This document shows, piece by piece, positions 53,990 through 64,000 of a stretch of DNA of 64,000 nucleotides. The notes under the pieces were generated by a model. The model did no database searches, was not told the origin of the DNA, and saw only the letters and a program-made list of their open reading frames with translations. This stretch comes from Felis catus (Eukaryota), in assembly GCF_018350175.1 (NCBI RefSeq), contig NC_058368.1, positions 166,224,001-166,288,000 of the forward strand, written 5' to 3'. Positions within the stretch are counted from its first letter, which is position 1. Each line of letters opens with the position of its first letter. Both the position numbers and the translations under genes were made by a program.

Positions 53990-54027
53990 CCATTTATTCT
54001 TTCAACAATGATAGTGTGTCTACTATA
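53990..54027 (-). mobile_element. L2 3' tip; body resumes at ~55260
   Basis: 'catttattctttcaacaatgatagtgtgtctactatat'. Confidence 0.55.
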
Positions 54028-54202
54028 TATATATATATATTTTTTTCAGGCTGCAAACTTTAAAGGCTCTTGTACAGAGGACACCTGGTGCTGGAAGCAT
54101 TAGCTTGGGTTTAAGTCATGCTTCCAGTGTACGGGAAAGCCAGATACAATTTGCATTGATCCTTGTGCGAGTTGGGAATGAATGCAGCATTGCACAACCA
54201 TC

Positions 54203-54625
54203 TGGTATTGCCAACTGAACTGTGTCCCCAGCCCCCACAACTTTAAGCCAGGCACATCAAAGTGTGATGTTATTTGGAAGTGAGGCTGCAACAGATGTAA
54301 TTAGTTAAGATGGGAGCCTATGGGGGTATCTAAGGGCAGGCCTTAGATGTGACTGAGGTCCTTACAGAAAGGGGCAGGCACATATACAGAGCACCATGTT
54401 AAGATACAGCAGAGCTGGGGTGATGCTTCTCTACAAGCCTCTGAGCGTCAACAATTGCCAGCAAACCCCAGGGAGCGACCAGGAGACACGTGAAACAGAC
54501 CCTCCCCTGGCAAGGGGCCACCCTGATGACAGCCTGATCCTGGACTTGTGCCTTCAGAACTAAGACGATGACTTTGTTGTTCTGAACCATTCCGTTTCTG
54601 CAACAGCCCTTGTCAATGACCAGGA
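54203..54625 (+). mobile_element. MaLR LTR (MLT1B/C-like)
   Basis: 'tgaactgtgtcccc...cagatgtaattagttaagatg...gtccttacagaaagggg...cagcctgatcctggactt...cagaact'. Confidence 0.85.
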
Positions 54626-55847
54626 CTCTAAGTCATATAAATAGAGCATGACTTCACGTGAGGTTCTGTTTCCCTGGCTCAGCTCACCCAGACAAACAAA
54701 ACAGAACAATGTCACTGGGGGCTGAGCCCCCATTCCTGGACTCAATGGAATGGGAAGGGGAGCTTAAGGGCCTTTCAAATGATGATGACTGCACACCCAC
54801 CCCACAACCATTTATCGAGGACCTTGGGGGGTACAAAGAAACGACATTTAGGGGAGGGTGTGCTACAGTTTAAAATGTGGGCTTTGCCTTCAATGAGCCC
54901 ACGTTCCCTAATAAGCAGACACCATCACAAATAAAAGGGAAAGAGTTCCCCTTGTGCAGGACTGTAAAGCCCCCCACCATGGTTTCTGAGACTGAAAGGG
55001 CTGCCTGATCACAGGGGGTTGTTCCATGACAGGACACAGCCTGGTGTGCTTGGTCTTGTGGTCACAGGCCCACAGGTGACACCCTGCTTTCCTGCCTCCC
55101 CGCTAGCCCATCAGCACACCGCAAGCTTCTTGCTGTAAAACAGAAGTGCACGTACCTCCAAACTTCAGTATATGGGAAGGGTGGGTGTCAGACACAGACT
55201 TATGGGAGTGTATCTGAAACTGGCTGGTAAGGGACAAACCCCCAGGAGGTGACAGTGAAGCACTAGAGATAAGACAGTGAGAAAGATAAGGACACTGTCT
55301 TCCTGGTGCTTACATTCTAATAAAATAACAGAGATATTAATCAAATAGATATAGTATCACAATGAATAAGTTCTATAAGGACAGTTACGTTGTAAGGAGA
55401 TACATCAAATAGTGTGATTTGACCTTGTCAGAGAGGTCAGGTAATCTTTCCCGTAAAAGTGATGATCAAATTGAAATATGAAGGATATATAATGACTAAA
55501 TGGACAAAAACTACATGTGGTGATTAGTTAGGCAAAATTCAGATTGTGCAATGGCCATGTGTGAGCATCGGGCATAGAGCTTTCCCAAAGAAGAAAAAGC
55601 TTACGGTAGTTTGTACAGAGAGTAAGGGAAACATTGTAAAATATTAAATTAGAGATGTTGATAGAAGCCACAATATGCTCGCCTTTTTTATTCCATGTTA
55701 TAAAGTTGAGTTTGTATTCTAAGTGTGATTGGTAGCTATTTTAGATGATTACACAAGGATGGCATTGCCAGATTGTTTTACAAAAATATTTGTAGATGCA
55801 GAATAGAAAAAGCTTAGAAGAGAGATTTGAAGAAAAACAAATTTAAA

Positions 55848-56321
55848 AGTTTGTGTTTGCTGTGCAAAAAACACCAAAACACTCAATGGCTTAAAAAAAT
55901 CATCATTTATTTAACCCACTTCTGTGGGTCAGCAATTTACACTGAACTCAGCTGGACTTGCTCACGTGTGTACAGTCACGTGCCAGTCAGCTAGGTGGCT
56001 GTACTTCCAGAGGTTAGTTGTCTCTTGATTGCTGCAACAGAGGTGACTGGGCTGTATGTCATTCCATCATCCAATCGGCTAGCTAAGTCTTTGTTACATG
56101 GGATCAATACCAGAGGTGTCAGGAAAATAAAGATAAGCCATTCTGTATGTGTATTTTTCAAGTCTCTTTTTGCATAACATTTGCTGACATTGTAGTACCC
56201 AAATTAAATCACATGGGAGAACCCAAGTTAGAATAGGAGAGCACAAAAAATTACATTACAAAGGGGTGTCAATAAAAAAAAAAACAAAACACTACTGTGG
56301 CCGTGTTTGTAATCTACCACA
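55848..56321 (-). mobile_element. MaLR LTR (MLT1H-like)
   Basis: 'ctcaatggcttaaaa...ttctgtgggtcagcaattt...ctcagctgg' ... 'ggccgtgtttgtaatctaccaca'. Confidence 0.8.
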
Positions 56322-56787
56322 GTAGGATATAGTAAACATGAGGTGATTGTTAAAGTTTGTTAAATTACTTTTAATCAGGAGTACCCAATGGTTTTCCTCC
56401 TAGACTTGAGCAATATTTAGAACAAAAAGTAGACAAAATTTGATATATTAGATAGAGTGAGAGTGAATGCTATTTTTAAAAAGTCTAGATTTATCTTTCA
56501 TACAAGTAGAGACTTCACTGTACCACTCAATGAGATGGAAAGATCTAGAAGACCATATCTGAGATTGTAAATGCATGTTGAAATGAGTTGCCATTGAAAC
56601 TTCCAAGATGACATTTTAAATAAGCCTCTAAGGCCTCATTAAATATGGGTCTGGAGCTCCTAGAAAGATCAGGCTTTCAACAAAAAATTGTGATTCACCA
56701 GTAGATAGTGTGTAATTGAAGCATTACATGTGCTTGACATCATCTAAGTTGATAAATAGGTTGAAAAATAGGAAAGCTCAGGCTTCA

Positions 56788-57023
56788 GGAGTGCCTGGGT
56801 AGCTCAGTCAGTTGAGCGTCTGACTTCTACTTCAGGTCATGATCTCATGGCTCATGAGTATAAGCCCCGCGCTAGGCTCTGTGCTGAGAGCTCGGAGCCT
56901 GGAGCTTGCTTTGGATTCTGTCTCCTTTCTCTGGGCCTCCCCCACTGGTGCTCTGTCTCTGTCTCTGTCTCTGTCTCTGTCTCTCAAAAATAAATAAACA
57001 TTACAAAAATTAAAAAAAAAAAA
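56788..57023 (+). mobile_element. CAN-SINE
   Basis: ggagtgcctgggtagctcagtcagttgagcg head, (CTGTCT)n tract, A tail. Confidence 0.94.
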
Positions 57024-57383
57024 AGAGGAATGGTCAGACTTCCATCTTGAATAACTTTAATGGCAACTGGGAAAGTAAATGTGAAACAAAGACCAAGAAG
57101 CAGTCAGAAAGAATTCAGAGAGTATTTTGTCTTGGGAACCTTCTGAATAGACTACTTCAGAAGGAGAAGTGACCAACATTCTGAAACTGCTGATGAGAGC
57201 AAAGAAATGATCAATGAAAATTTCCTATTGGATTTAAGACTTAGAAATTCCTGGTGAGTTTAGTAAATGCTTCTTTGGGTGAATTTATGGGGCAGAAGTT
57301 AGACTGGAGAGCATTGAAGAGTAAGGAGCTGAAGAAATAAACACAGTAACTTCCAGAAAATTTCCATAAATAAGTGCATGCGT

Positions 57384-57420
57384 GCACACGCACACACACA
57401 AACACACACACACACACACA
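57384..57420. repeat. (CA)n microsatellite
   Basis: Direct reading. Confidence 0.9.
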
Positions 57421-57941
57421 ATTTTTACGGTTTTATAGGATCACCATAATGAGAAGAAAGGTTGAAGGATGCAATGAGAAAGTATTGATAAAGGAAGGGA
57501 CTTAATACAACAACAATATATCATATTAATAGAACATTTAACATTTACAATGGATTTTCCTATATAAATGTAATTTCTTCTTCCCCACAAACCTATAAAA
57601 AGTTGAGCAGGTAACATCCACTTTCATTTGCTGGTAAAAAACCAGACTAATTGCTTTTGCCCAATATCAAAAAGGAGGTAAATTTGGTTTTCTGAGATGA
57701 CTTCAACCAATCTCAATGATTTTACACAATATTGAGCATATTTTGAAATGACTCTCTTCTAGTCCCAAATCAATTCAATCTCTAACCTAGCATGTCAAAT
57801 GATTAGAACAATTTTATAGTGTTAAATTAAATCAGCATAAGAGTCCATTCATAATGCCAGTTTTAAAATAAATATTTAGAAAAAAAAAAGTAACTAAAGA
57901 AAACAAATCTATTGCAAGAGTTCCATAAAATATGTCTATAA

Positions 57942-57947
57942 CATATA

Positions 57948-57985
<38 letters not shown>
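57942..57985. repeat. (TG)n(TA)n microsatellite
   Basis: Direct reading. Confidence 0.9.
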
Positions 57986-57990
<5 letters not shown>

Positions 57991-59771
57991 ATATCCTATG
58001 TTATATTGTATTTAAGCATTTCATAATTATAGGTGTCTTATTTTATTTGGACCACATAATTAAGGTTGTCGGGATTAGAATGTCATTTTCAGATTAGGAA
58101 ATTCAAGTTCCACCAGATTATGTACTATTTACATTTACGCAGATACAAATAAGAGTCAGAATTTTAGCAAGACCCTCAGGACCTGAATATAAGTCCTTTC
58201 TGTGTTTCTTTTCACAAAACTGTATCATAATATTTTGCTTTGTTCCTGTGTTTTTGTTTATTTTGTTTGATTTCTTCTTCTAATGTAGCCTGCTAGTTCA
58301 CTATGTTATGATAATAGATTGTTCTAGAAGGTAGCCCTTGCTTCCTTTCCATTCCATCTCTGCCATGTGCCATGTGCACTCCTTCTCTGGAACAATGCCA
58401 ACAATAGTGACAATGGAAGGAAGCCTTACTTCACTCATACGCTGAACAAACAAAACCCCAAAACACGGTATGCTACAGCTAGTATGTTGATATTTTAAGT
58501 CAGTAAAATAGCAAAAAATCAAAGAGGTAATCTTGCTTTAGGTATCAACTTTTCCTGTTCAGACCTAAATAGTGTATAATAGATCATGATTAGGTATATT
58601 ATTTTATATTTTATAAAGACCCAAATTTCCTTTGTTAGAGATAATACTGCTTTTATTGTCCTTACTATGAAAACTGCATTTATTCCCAGACCAGAGGAAC
58701 ACCGTTAATCCGTGGGAACCATTTGGAGCCCATGGGCACCTGAGCAGTAAATAATTAGCTTAGGCCCCACAAGGAGAACGGACCTCAAAACTCAGAAATG
58801 TGACTTCTGGGTCAGCCTTTCTCTTTCTTAATAGAACATATCATGGAATGCAGAGGATGTCTTCGACCTTCTGCCCAGTCCTTGATTTTATGTGTCAGAC
58901 GAAGATCCGGCTCTCTACATCATCTGCACTAATCTTTATCTAGTCAGACTTCTTATGTGCAAAAAGAACTTTGTTCATTAGAACTGTCCTAAGAGAAAGA
59001 AGAAAGGAGATGAAATGAAGAAAATAGTATGCGTCACTTATTTAGAAAAGAGGGCCAGGATTAACCCTAGATGTGTGTGGAGTCGGGAAAGCAGGAATTG
59101 CTCTTTGATTGCAGACTCCCTGTTTCTATATGCAAGAAACCAAATGAGGTAATTGTAGGAAAAATTCCCTTCTCAGCTTGTTTCCCAATATGGAAGTTAA
59201 ACAAATGGCCTGTTTCTGAGTCTACCCACATTCTAAAAGAATGTTTTCTCAAAGCTTTTCTGATCTCTATCTTTTTAGCCCCCTTATCCCTGTCTCTGTT
59301 TCATTCCCTTTCTTCCCTCCCAACCCTGCCCCCACCCGCCCAACCTCCATATAAACCATAACTCAGTTTGTTTAAAGACAACAAAGTGCTGTGAATTTCT
59401 CAGAAGTGATATGCCATATAAATGGGAACAATAGCAAAAAAATGTGTTTCTCCCTGGAAGCCCCTGTTGTAATATAAGGCAGTGGGTTTTTATAATGAGC
59501 TACAAAAGTCTCTCTTAAATAACATTAGGCATTTAATGAAAAACCACAAGAGCTTGGGAACAAGCAAGATTTCAGCTGATCCTCTGTGCTTAATGCATTA
59601 TACCGTATAGAGAGAAAGAAAAGGGGGAAAAGAAAATTAACCCTTGTGTTTACTTCAGATTTGGGTTCTCTAAAAGGTAAAGACACATTAGTAAGTTTTT
59701 ATTTTTGTTTTAGAAGGGACCCACATCATCTCTTCTGATCTGATTTGGAATAGAGATTTAAGATATGGCCT

Positions 59772-59991
59772 GGGGCACCCGGGTGGCTCAGTCAGTTGAG
59801 CATCCGACTTCAGCTCAGGTCATGATCTTGCAGTCTGTGAGTTTGAGCCCCGTGTAGGGCTCTGTGCTGACAGCTGAGAGCCCAGAACCTGCTTCAGATT
59901 CTGTGTCTCCCTCTCTATCTACTCCTCTCCCGCTCTTACTCTGTCTCTGTCTCTGTCTCTCTCTCTCAAAAATAAACAAAGATTAAAAAAA
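59772..59991 (+). mobile_element. Felid SINE
   Basis: TSD atttaagatatggcc/atttaagatatgccc at 59756-59770 and 59992-60006. Confidence 0.96.
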
Positions 59992-60309
59992 ATTTAAGAT
60001 ATGCCCCAAACTAGGAAAGGCCTAGGATAAATAATCCTTTGGGTTTTGAGGGATATATTCCCGAATGTCATGGAGTCAATTTTGGTAGCTAGCTAATAGG
60101 CTGATGATTAAGGTCACCCTAAAGTATTCTCTAGGTGGCTATTGTCAGAGATAATTACATTTGTTTGGGGGAAAAGTTTTGAAATCTACCCATAAGAAGG
60201 AGAATTCTTTCTTTTTTTGTTAAAATACAGAAGCAATAAGAAGGCTAGTATGCAACAGTATTCTATTTATATTTTTATGGGTATATCAATGATTATCACT
60301 AGAAGAATA

Positions 60310-60481
60310 TTTAAGAATGTCTGTAGACATATTTGTCATAATTGGTAATAGGTGCTGCTCGCATTTGGCGCTGCTTACACTGACGGTGGCGTTAAACATA
60401 CTAAAATGCAAAGGACAGTTCTCCACAGCATAATATTATCCAACTAAGAATCTCAATAGTGCCAAGATTGAGAAGCCATGG
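60310..60481. mobile_element. MER20-like hAT MITE
   Basis: 'aatgtctgtagacat...taaacatactaaaatgcaaaggacag...aatagtgccaagattgagaagccatg'. Confidence 0.85.
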
Positions 60482-60947
60482 CTGAGAGAATTTACAGTCA
60501 CTCCAGACAGCCAGATGCTTCATTGCTTGTCAGATTTCTTTAGAATAAAATAAAATTATCAGAATGCCATAAAAGCATGAACATGATCATGAAATCAGGT
60601 CCTAATATATGACTATAGCGTGGAACATCTGAAGAGTAAAATTGGGCTGGAGCTTGGCTGTTGCAATTTGGGAAAAGAGTTAATTATAGGGTATCGATCT
60701 GAATTACAGTACCAGAGCCCAATGGGAGGTTAGAAGTCATGTAATAAAACCGGTACGTTTTCCAGATAAGGAAAGTGTGAAGTGAAAAGTTAAATATGTA
60801 ATATCATAGCATCAATAGGCAGGAGAGGTAGTTTAAACTGCATGCCTCCTGTTTGTTCAGCTCTCTCTTCAGCATGCCATGCACTGTAATCATCCTTTTC
60901 TAGAAGAGATGGGCTAAGCTATTCTTAAATTAAAAGGACACTAAAGT

Positions 60948-61159
60948 GGGGCGCGCCTGGGTGGCACAGTCGGTTAAGCGTCCGACTTCAGCCGGGTCAC
61001 GATCTCGCGGTCCGTGAGTTCGAGCCCGCGTCAGGCTCTGGGCTGATGGCTCAGAGCCTGGAGCCTGTTTCCGATTCTGTGTCTCCCTCTCTCTGCCCCT
61101 CCCCCGTTCATGCTCTGTCTCTCTCTGTCCCAAAAATAAATAAACGTAGAAAAAAAAAT
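60948..61159 (+). mobile_element. Young felid SINE (SINEC_Fc-type)
   Basis: Perfect 18-bp TSD ttaaaaggacactaaagt at 60930-60947 and 61160-61177. Confidence 0.97.
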
Positions 61160-61229
61160 TTAAAAGGACACTAAAGTAAGAGGAACACCCAGAGGTAAAA
61201 AATAGGGAACTTTTCCTTTTGGACAAAAT

Positions 61230-61360
61230 TTTAACTATGTAACTTTGGAAAAGTTGCTTAACATCTCTAACACTTAATAGTCTTATCTGAAAATGAGCAT
61301 GAGAATATCTTGTTGAGAGAATTAAAAAAAAGAAAAAAAAAAAACCCTGCCATGTAAGGT
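61230..61360 (+). mobile_element. MIR fragment
   Basis: 'ctatgtaactttggaaaagttgcttaacatctctaa...tcttatctgaaaatgag'. Confidence 0.7.
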
Positions 61361-62094
61361 TCAGACTATAGGTGACTACATTATTTGTTTAGTTGCTTCA
61401 CAGCCCTGGAATATATAACTTTGACGTTATCTTAACTGCACAACTGCCATTGTGAATCTTGAAAGGCTCATATAAGCACACACTCTACATTTAAATACCA
61501 GTCTTCACAGCCATTTTGTTAGGACTCCAGGCATGTTGATTAACCTTTGACATATCAATAAAAACATAATTAAGTGTTTAATACTGACATGAACATTGAA
61601 TATTACATAGACTAAATTGGAGCCATAAACACCGCAAACTGGGATAGTGATCAATAAAATTAGGGAATTAAAAATAATCTGCAAGAGGGAATTAATGTAA
61701 AAGCACATGTAGTGATAATTCTAAAAGGAATACATCACTCTCAGAATGTTCGAGCTAAATATACTCTCAAAGTTAGGAGATAAAAAATTGGTGGAAAAAT
61801 GTAAATACGTATCACAAAAAACCTACATATGTACATATAAAATACCTAAAGCAAATGTTTGTCAGAATATTCTAATTCCATAATTTGTCCTTTATAAACC
61901 ATGGTGAACAATTCAGTGAGGCAAAAGAGATGCCATTTCCACGTGCCAGTAACTGGGACATCGATTGATTCAGTGTCTATAGTGACTCAGTCAGTGATCA
62001 GAGAAAAAGCAAGCTCATCAGAGATCAAGCACATCCATAAGACAACAAAAAATAACAACCAAAGACATTTACATTATTTTTGGGAGAATGTGTG

Positions 62095-62215
62095 TCTATA
62101 TACATACTTTAAATATACATATTCAAATATATTTTTATATATTATATGTATATAAAATATATAATATATTACACATTTTATATATGTAAATATGTATATT
62201 TAATATATATGTATT
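62095..62215. repeat. AT-rich (TA)n-like low-complexity tract
   Basis: Direct reading. Confidence 0.8.
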
Positions 62216-62954
62216 TCAAAGGCAACATACCTTTTGAGTTTCTAAAGCAAAAATATGATCATTATACATGTATCAATGTTGATACTTCCTATGTCTGGAA
62301 TAACTTAAGAAAATATTAATTTTGTGCTTATCAACATCTATACATATTTAAAAATTTATAAAACACCATACTTTTAAGGCAAATTTTACAGGATGATAGA
62401 AAGTGAGATTTGGAGGCAGCAGCAAAAGGAAATAATTTCTTGTCATCCCCATTTCTTCTCATCCAGGAAAAAAAAATGGAAATGTTCAAAAAGTTGTATT
62501 ATTTTTCAGGACACTGAACAAATATTTAAGTGTAATATTAACTCTTCCAATTGTGTACCAACTGATGCAAGTGTAGGAAGTGAGACAATCCCCTGCATAA
62601 GCTGAATACAAACACACCTGCATGTGCTTTAATTGTATACACTTCGATGATTGTTATCACAGAAACTCCTAAAAAATGGAAAAGAATCCAAGAAGTGTGA
62701 TGATTCCAACCCTACGTTTTTCTACATTTATCGTGGTGTACTGACCGTTACCTAAGCACTATCCTGGGATCACTGTTTTCATCTGGGGTTTAAAACAGGA
62801 ATTTGTTACATGTTACACACCAGTAAAGTTAATTTGTATCACAGTGAAAATTTCCAGTTTAGAAAGGATAAGAATTGGTTAGGGCAACTTTTAAGTATTT
62901 TAGTTAGATAAAAATGGGAATCTTTACGTAATTCCTAATGTTAGGGAGACAAAT

Positions 62955-63170
62955 TCTTATCTGGTGCTTAATATTCCAGGCACTGTGCTAACCTATTTAC
63001 CTGAAGAAATAGCATATTTAGTCCTTTGTGAAGATAATGGTATTATTATCCCCTGTTTTCAGAAGGGAAAATTGAAGCACAGAGGAGTTGAGCAAATTAC
63101 TCAGGATCACATGGTTTGAAAAAAAATGTAGTAATCAAATTCAGATTATATTGTCTCGAAAGCTCAACCA
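62955..63170 (-). mobile_element. MIR
   Basis: 'ccaggcactgtgcta...ggtattattatcccctgttttcagaagggaaaattgaagcacagag'. Confidence 0.8.
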
Positions 63171-63828
63171 TATTTCTTTTTACAAATCTTATGAGGAATC
63201 CTCTTTGACATTTTCTGTTGAACCTCTGACCTAGAGGAGATGGAAGTCAGACTAAAACTGATTTTGCCGTTATCATTGAATATTTTCAGTCTCTATTCAC
63301 ATAGAAATTACTATTCTAGAGAAATCATCATAATTTAGTGATTCTAATGTGAAGTGGAAAAGACAGCCTTTGTTAGACGCACAAAAGTTAACCAGGAGGT
63401 TATCAGAATGTGAGTTTAAAAATATGAAATAAAGCCACATTTGTTATCTTACCTCAGAAAATTGTGATTTCAGAAAATAAAAGATTAATATATTTTCTCA
63501 TCTTTCCAAGCTATTAAACTACCTTTCAATTTCATTAGTCAATCTTGAAGGGGTTTTGTATTCTCCATCTTAAATGTTAATCTCTGGTATGTAATTTTGT
63601 CAAGTAAATGATAAAACTAAAAGAAGATACAGAATAAGTATTTTTCATTCAATTTAATGAATTTCTGTCTTAGTAAAATTTCAACAATACTGTGAGCTTA
63701 TGTACTACTGTCCTCACCTAATTCCAGGAAATATCTAACAAAAGTTGGGAACTTGTCAGAATCCAAAATGTATGACTCTTTTTACTTGAATTCTCTCCAA
63801 TCAAATTATAATACCTGGGAAAATATAT

Positions 63829-64000
63829 CTTTTTTAAATTTTTTAATGTTTTTATTTATTTTTGAGACAGAGAGAAACAGAGCATGAGCAGGGGAGGGGC
63901 AGAGAGAGGGAGACACAGAATCCAAAGCAGGCTCTAGGCTGTCAGCACGGAGCCTGACGCAGGGCTCGAACTCATGGACTGTGAGATCACTACCCGAGCT
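63829..64000 (-). mobile_element. CAN-SINE cut by the window end
   Basis: T tail, gagacacagaatccaaagcaggct, gggctcgaactc. Confidence 0.93.

Larger units (their letters stand above)
55260..57350 (-). mobile_element. L2 body, interrupted by MLT1 and a SINE
   Basis: 'cactagagataagacagtga...gcttacattcta', 'tgggtctggagctcctagaaaga', 'gaagttagactggagagcattgaagag'. Confidence 0.75.

Noticed and set aside
3223..64000. tRNA-like sequences and recurring ~30-nt motifs resembling CRISPR repeats
   Set aside because: These are dispersed tRNA-derived SINE heads; there is no regular repeat-spacer array and no cas gene.

Overview
Mammalian genomic DNA from a felid, probably the domestic-cat lineage, judged from about 26 tRNA-derived carnivore SINEs (CAN-SINE/SINEC), five of them young SINEC_Fc-type copies. 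The window is AT-rich, intronic or intergenic, and dominated by transposon remnants: old and carnivore L1s, L2, MIR, ERV1/ERVL/MaLR LTRs and hAT MITEs, plus microsatellites. I cannot support any protein-coding gene, structural RNA gene or CRISPR array. The ORF track consists of L1 ORF2 debris, SINE/microsatellite read-throughs and chance ORFs. I found no convincing novel biological system. The observations most worth checking are: a ~1.2 kb GC-rich segment that splits an L2; a poly(A)-only insertion with a perfect 15-bp TSD; an internally deleted L1MC-like element nested in an older L1; a tightly spaced inverted SINE pair; a SINE with a (GAA)17 tail; and weak splice-site clusters that may mark a minus-strand spliced transcript. 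Repeat family names come from my recall of consensus sequences and need RepeatMasker/Dfam confirmation. Boundaries of old repeats are approximate.
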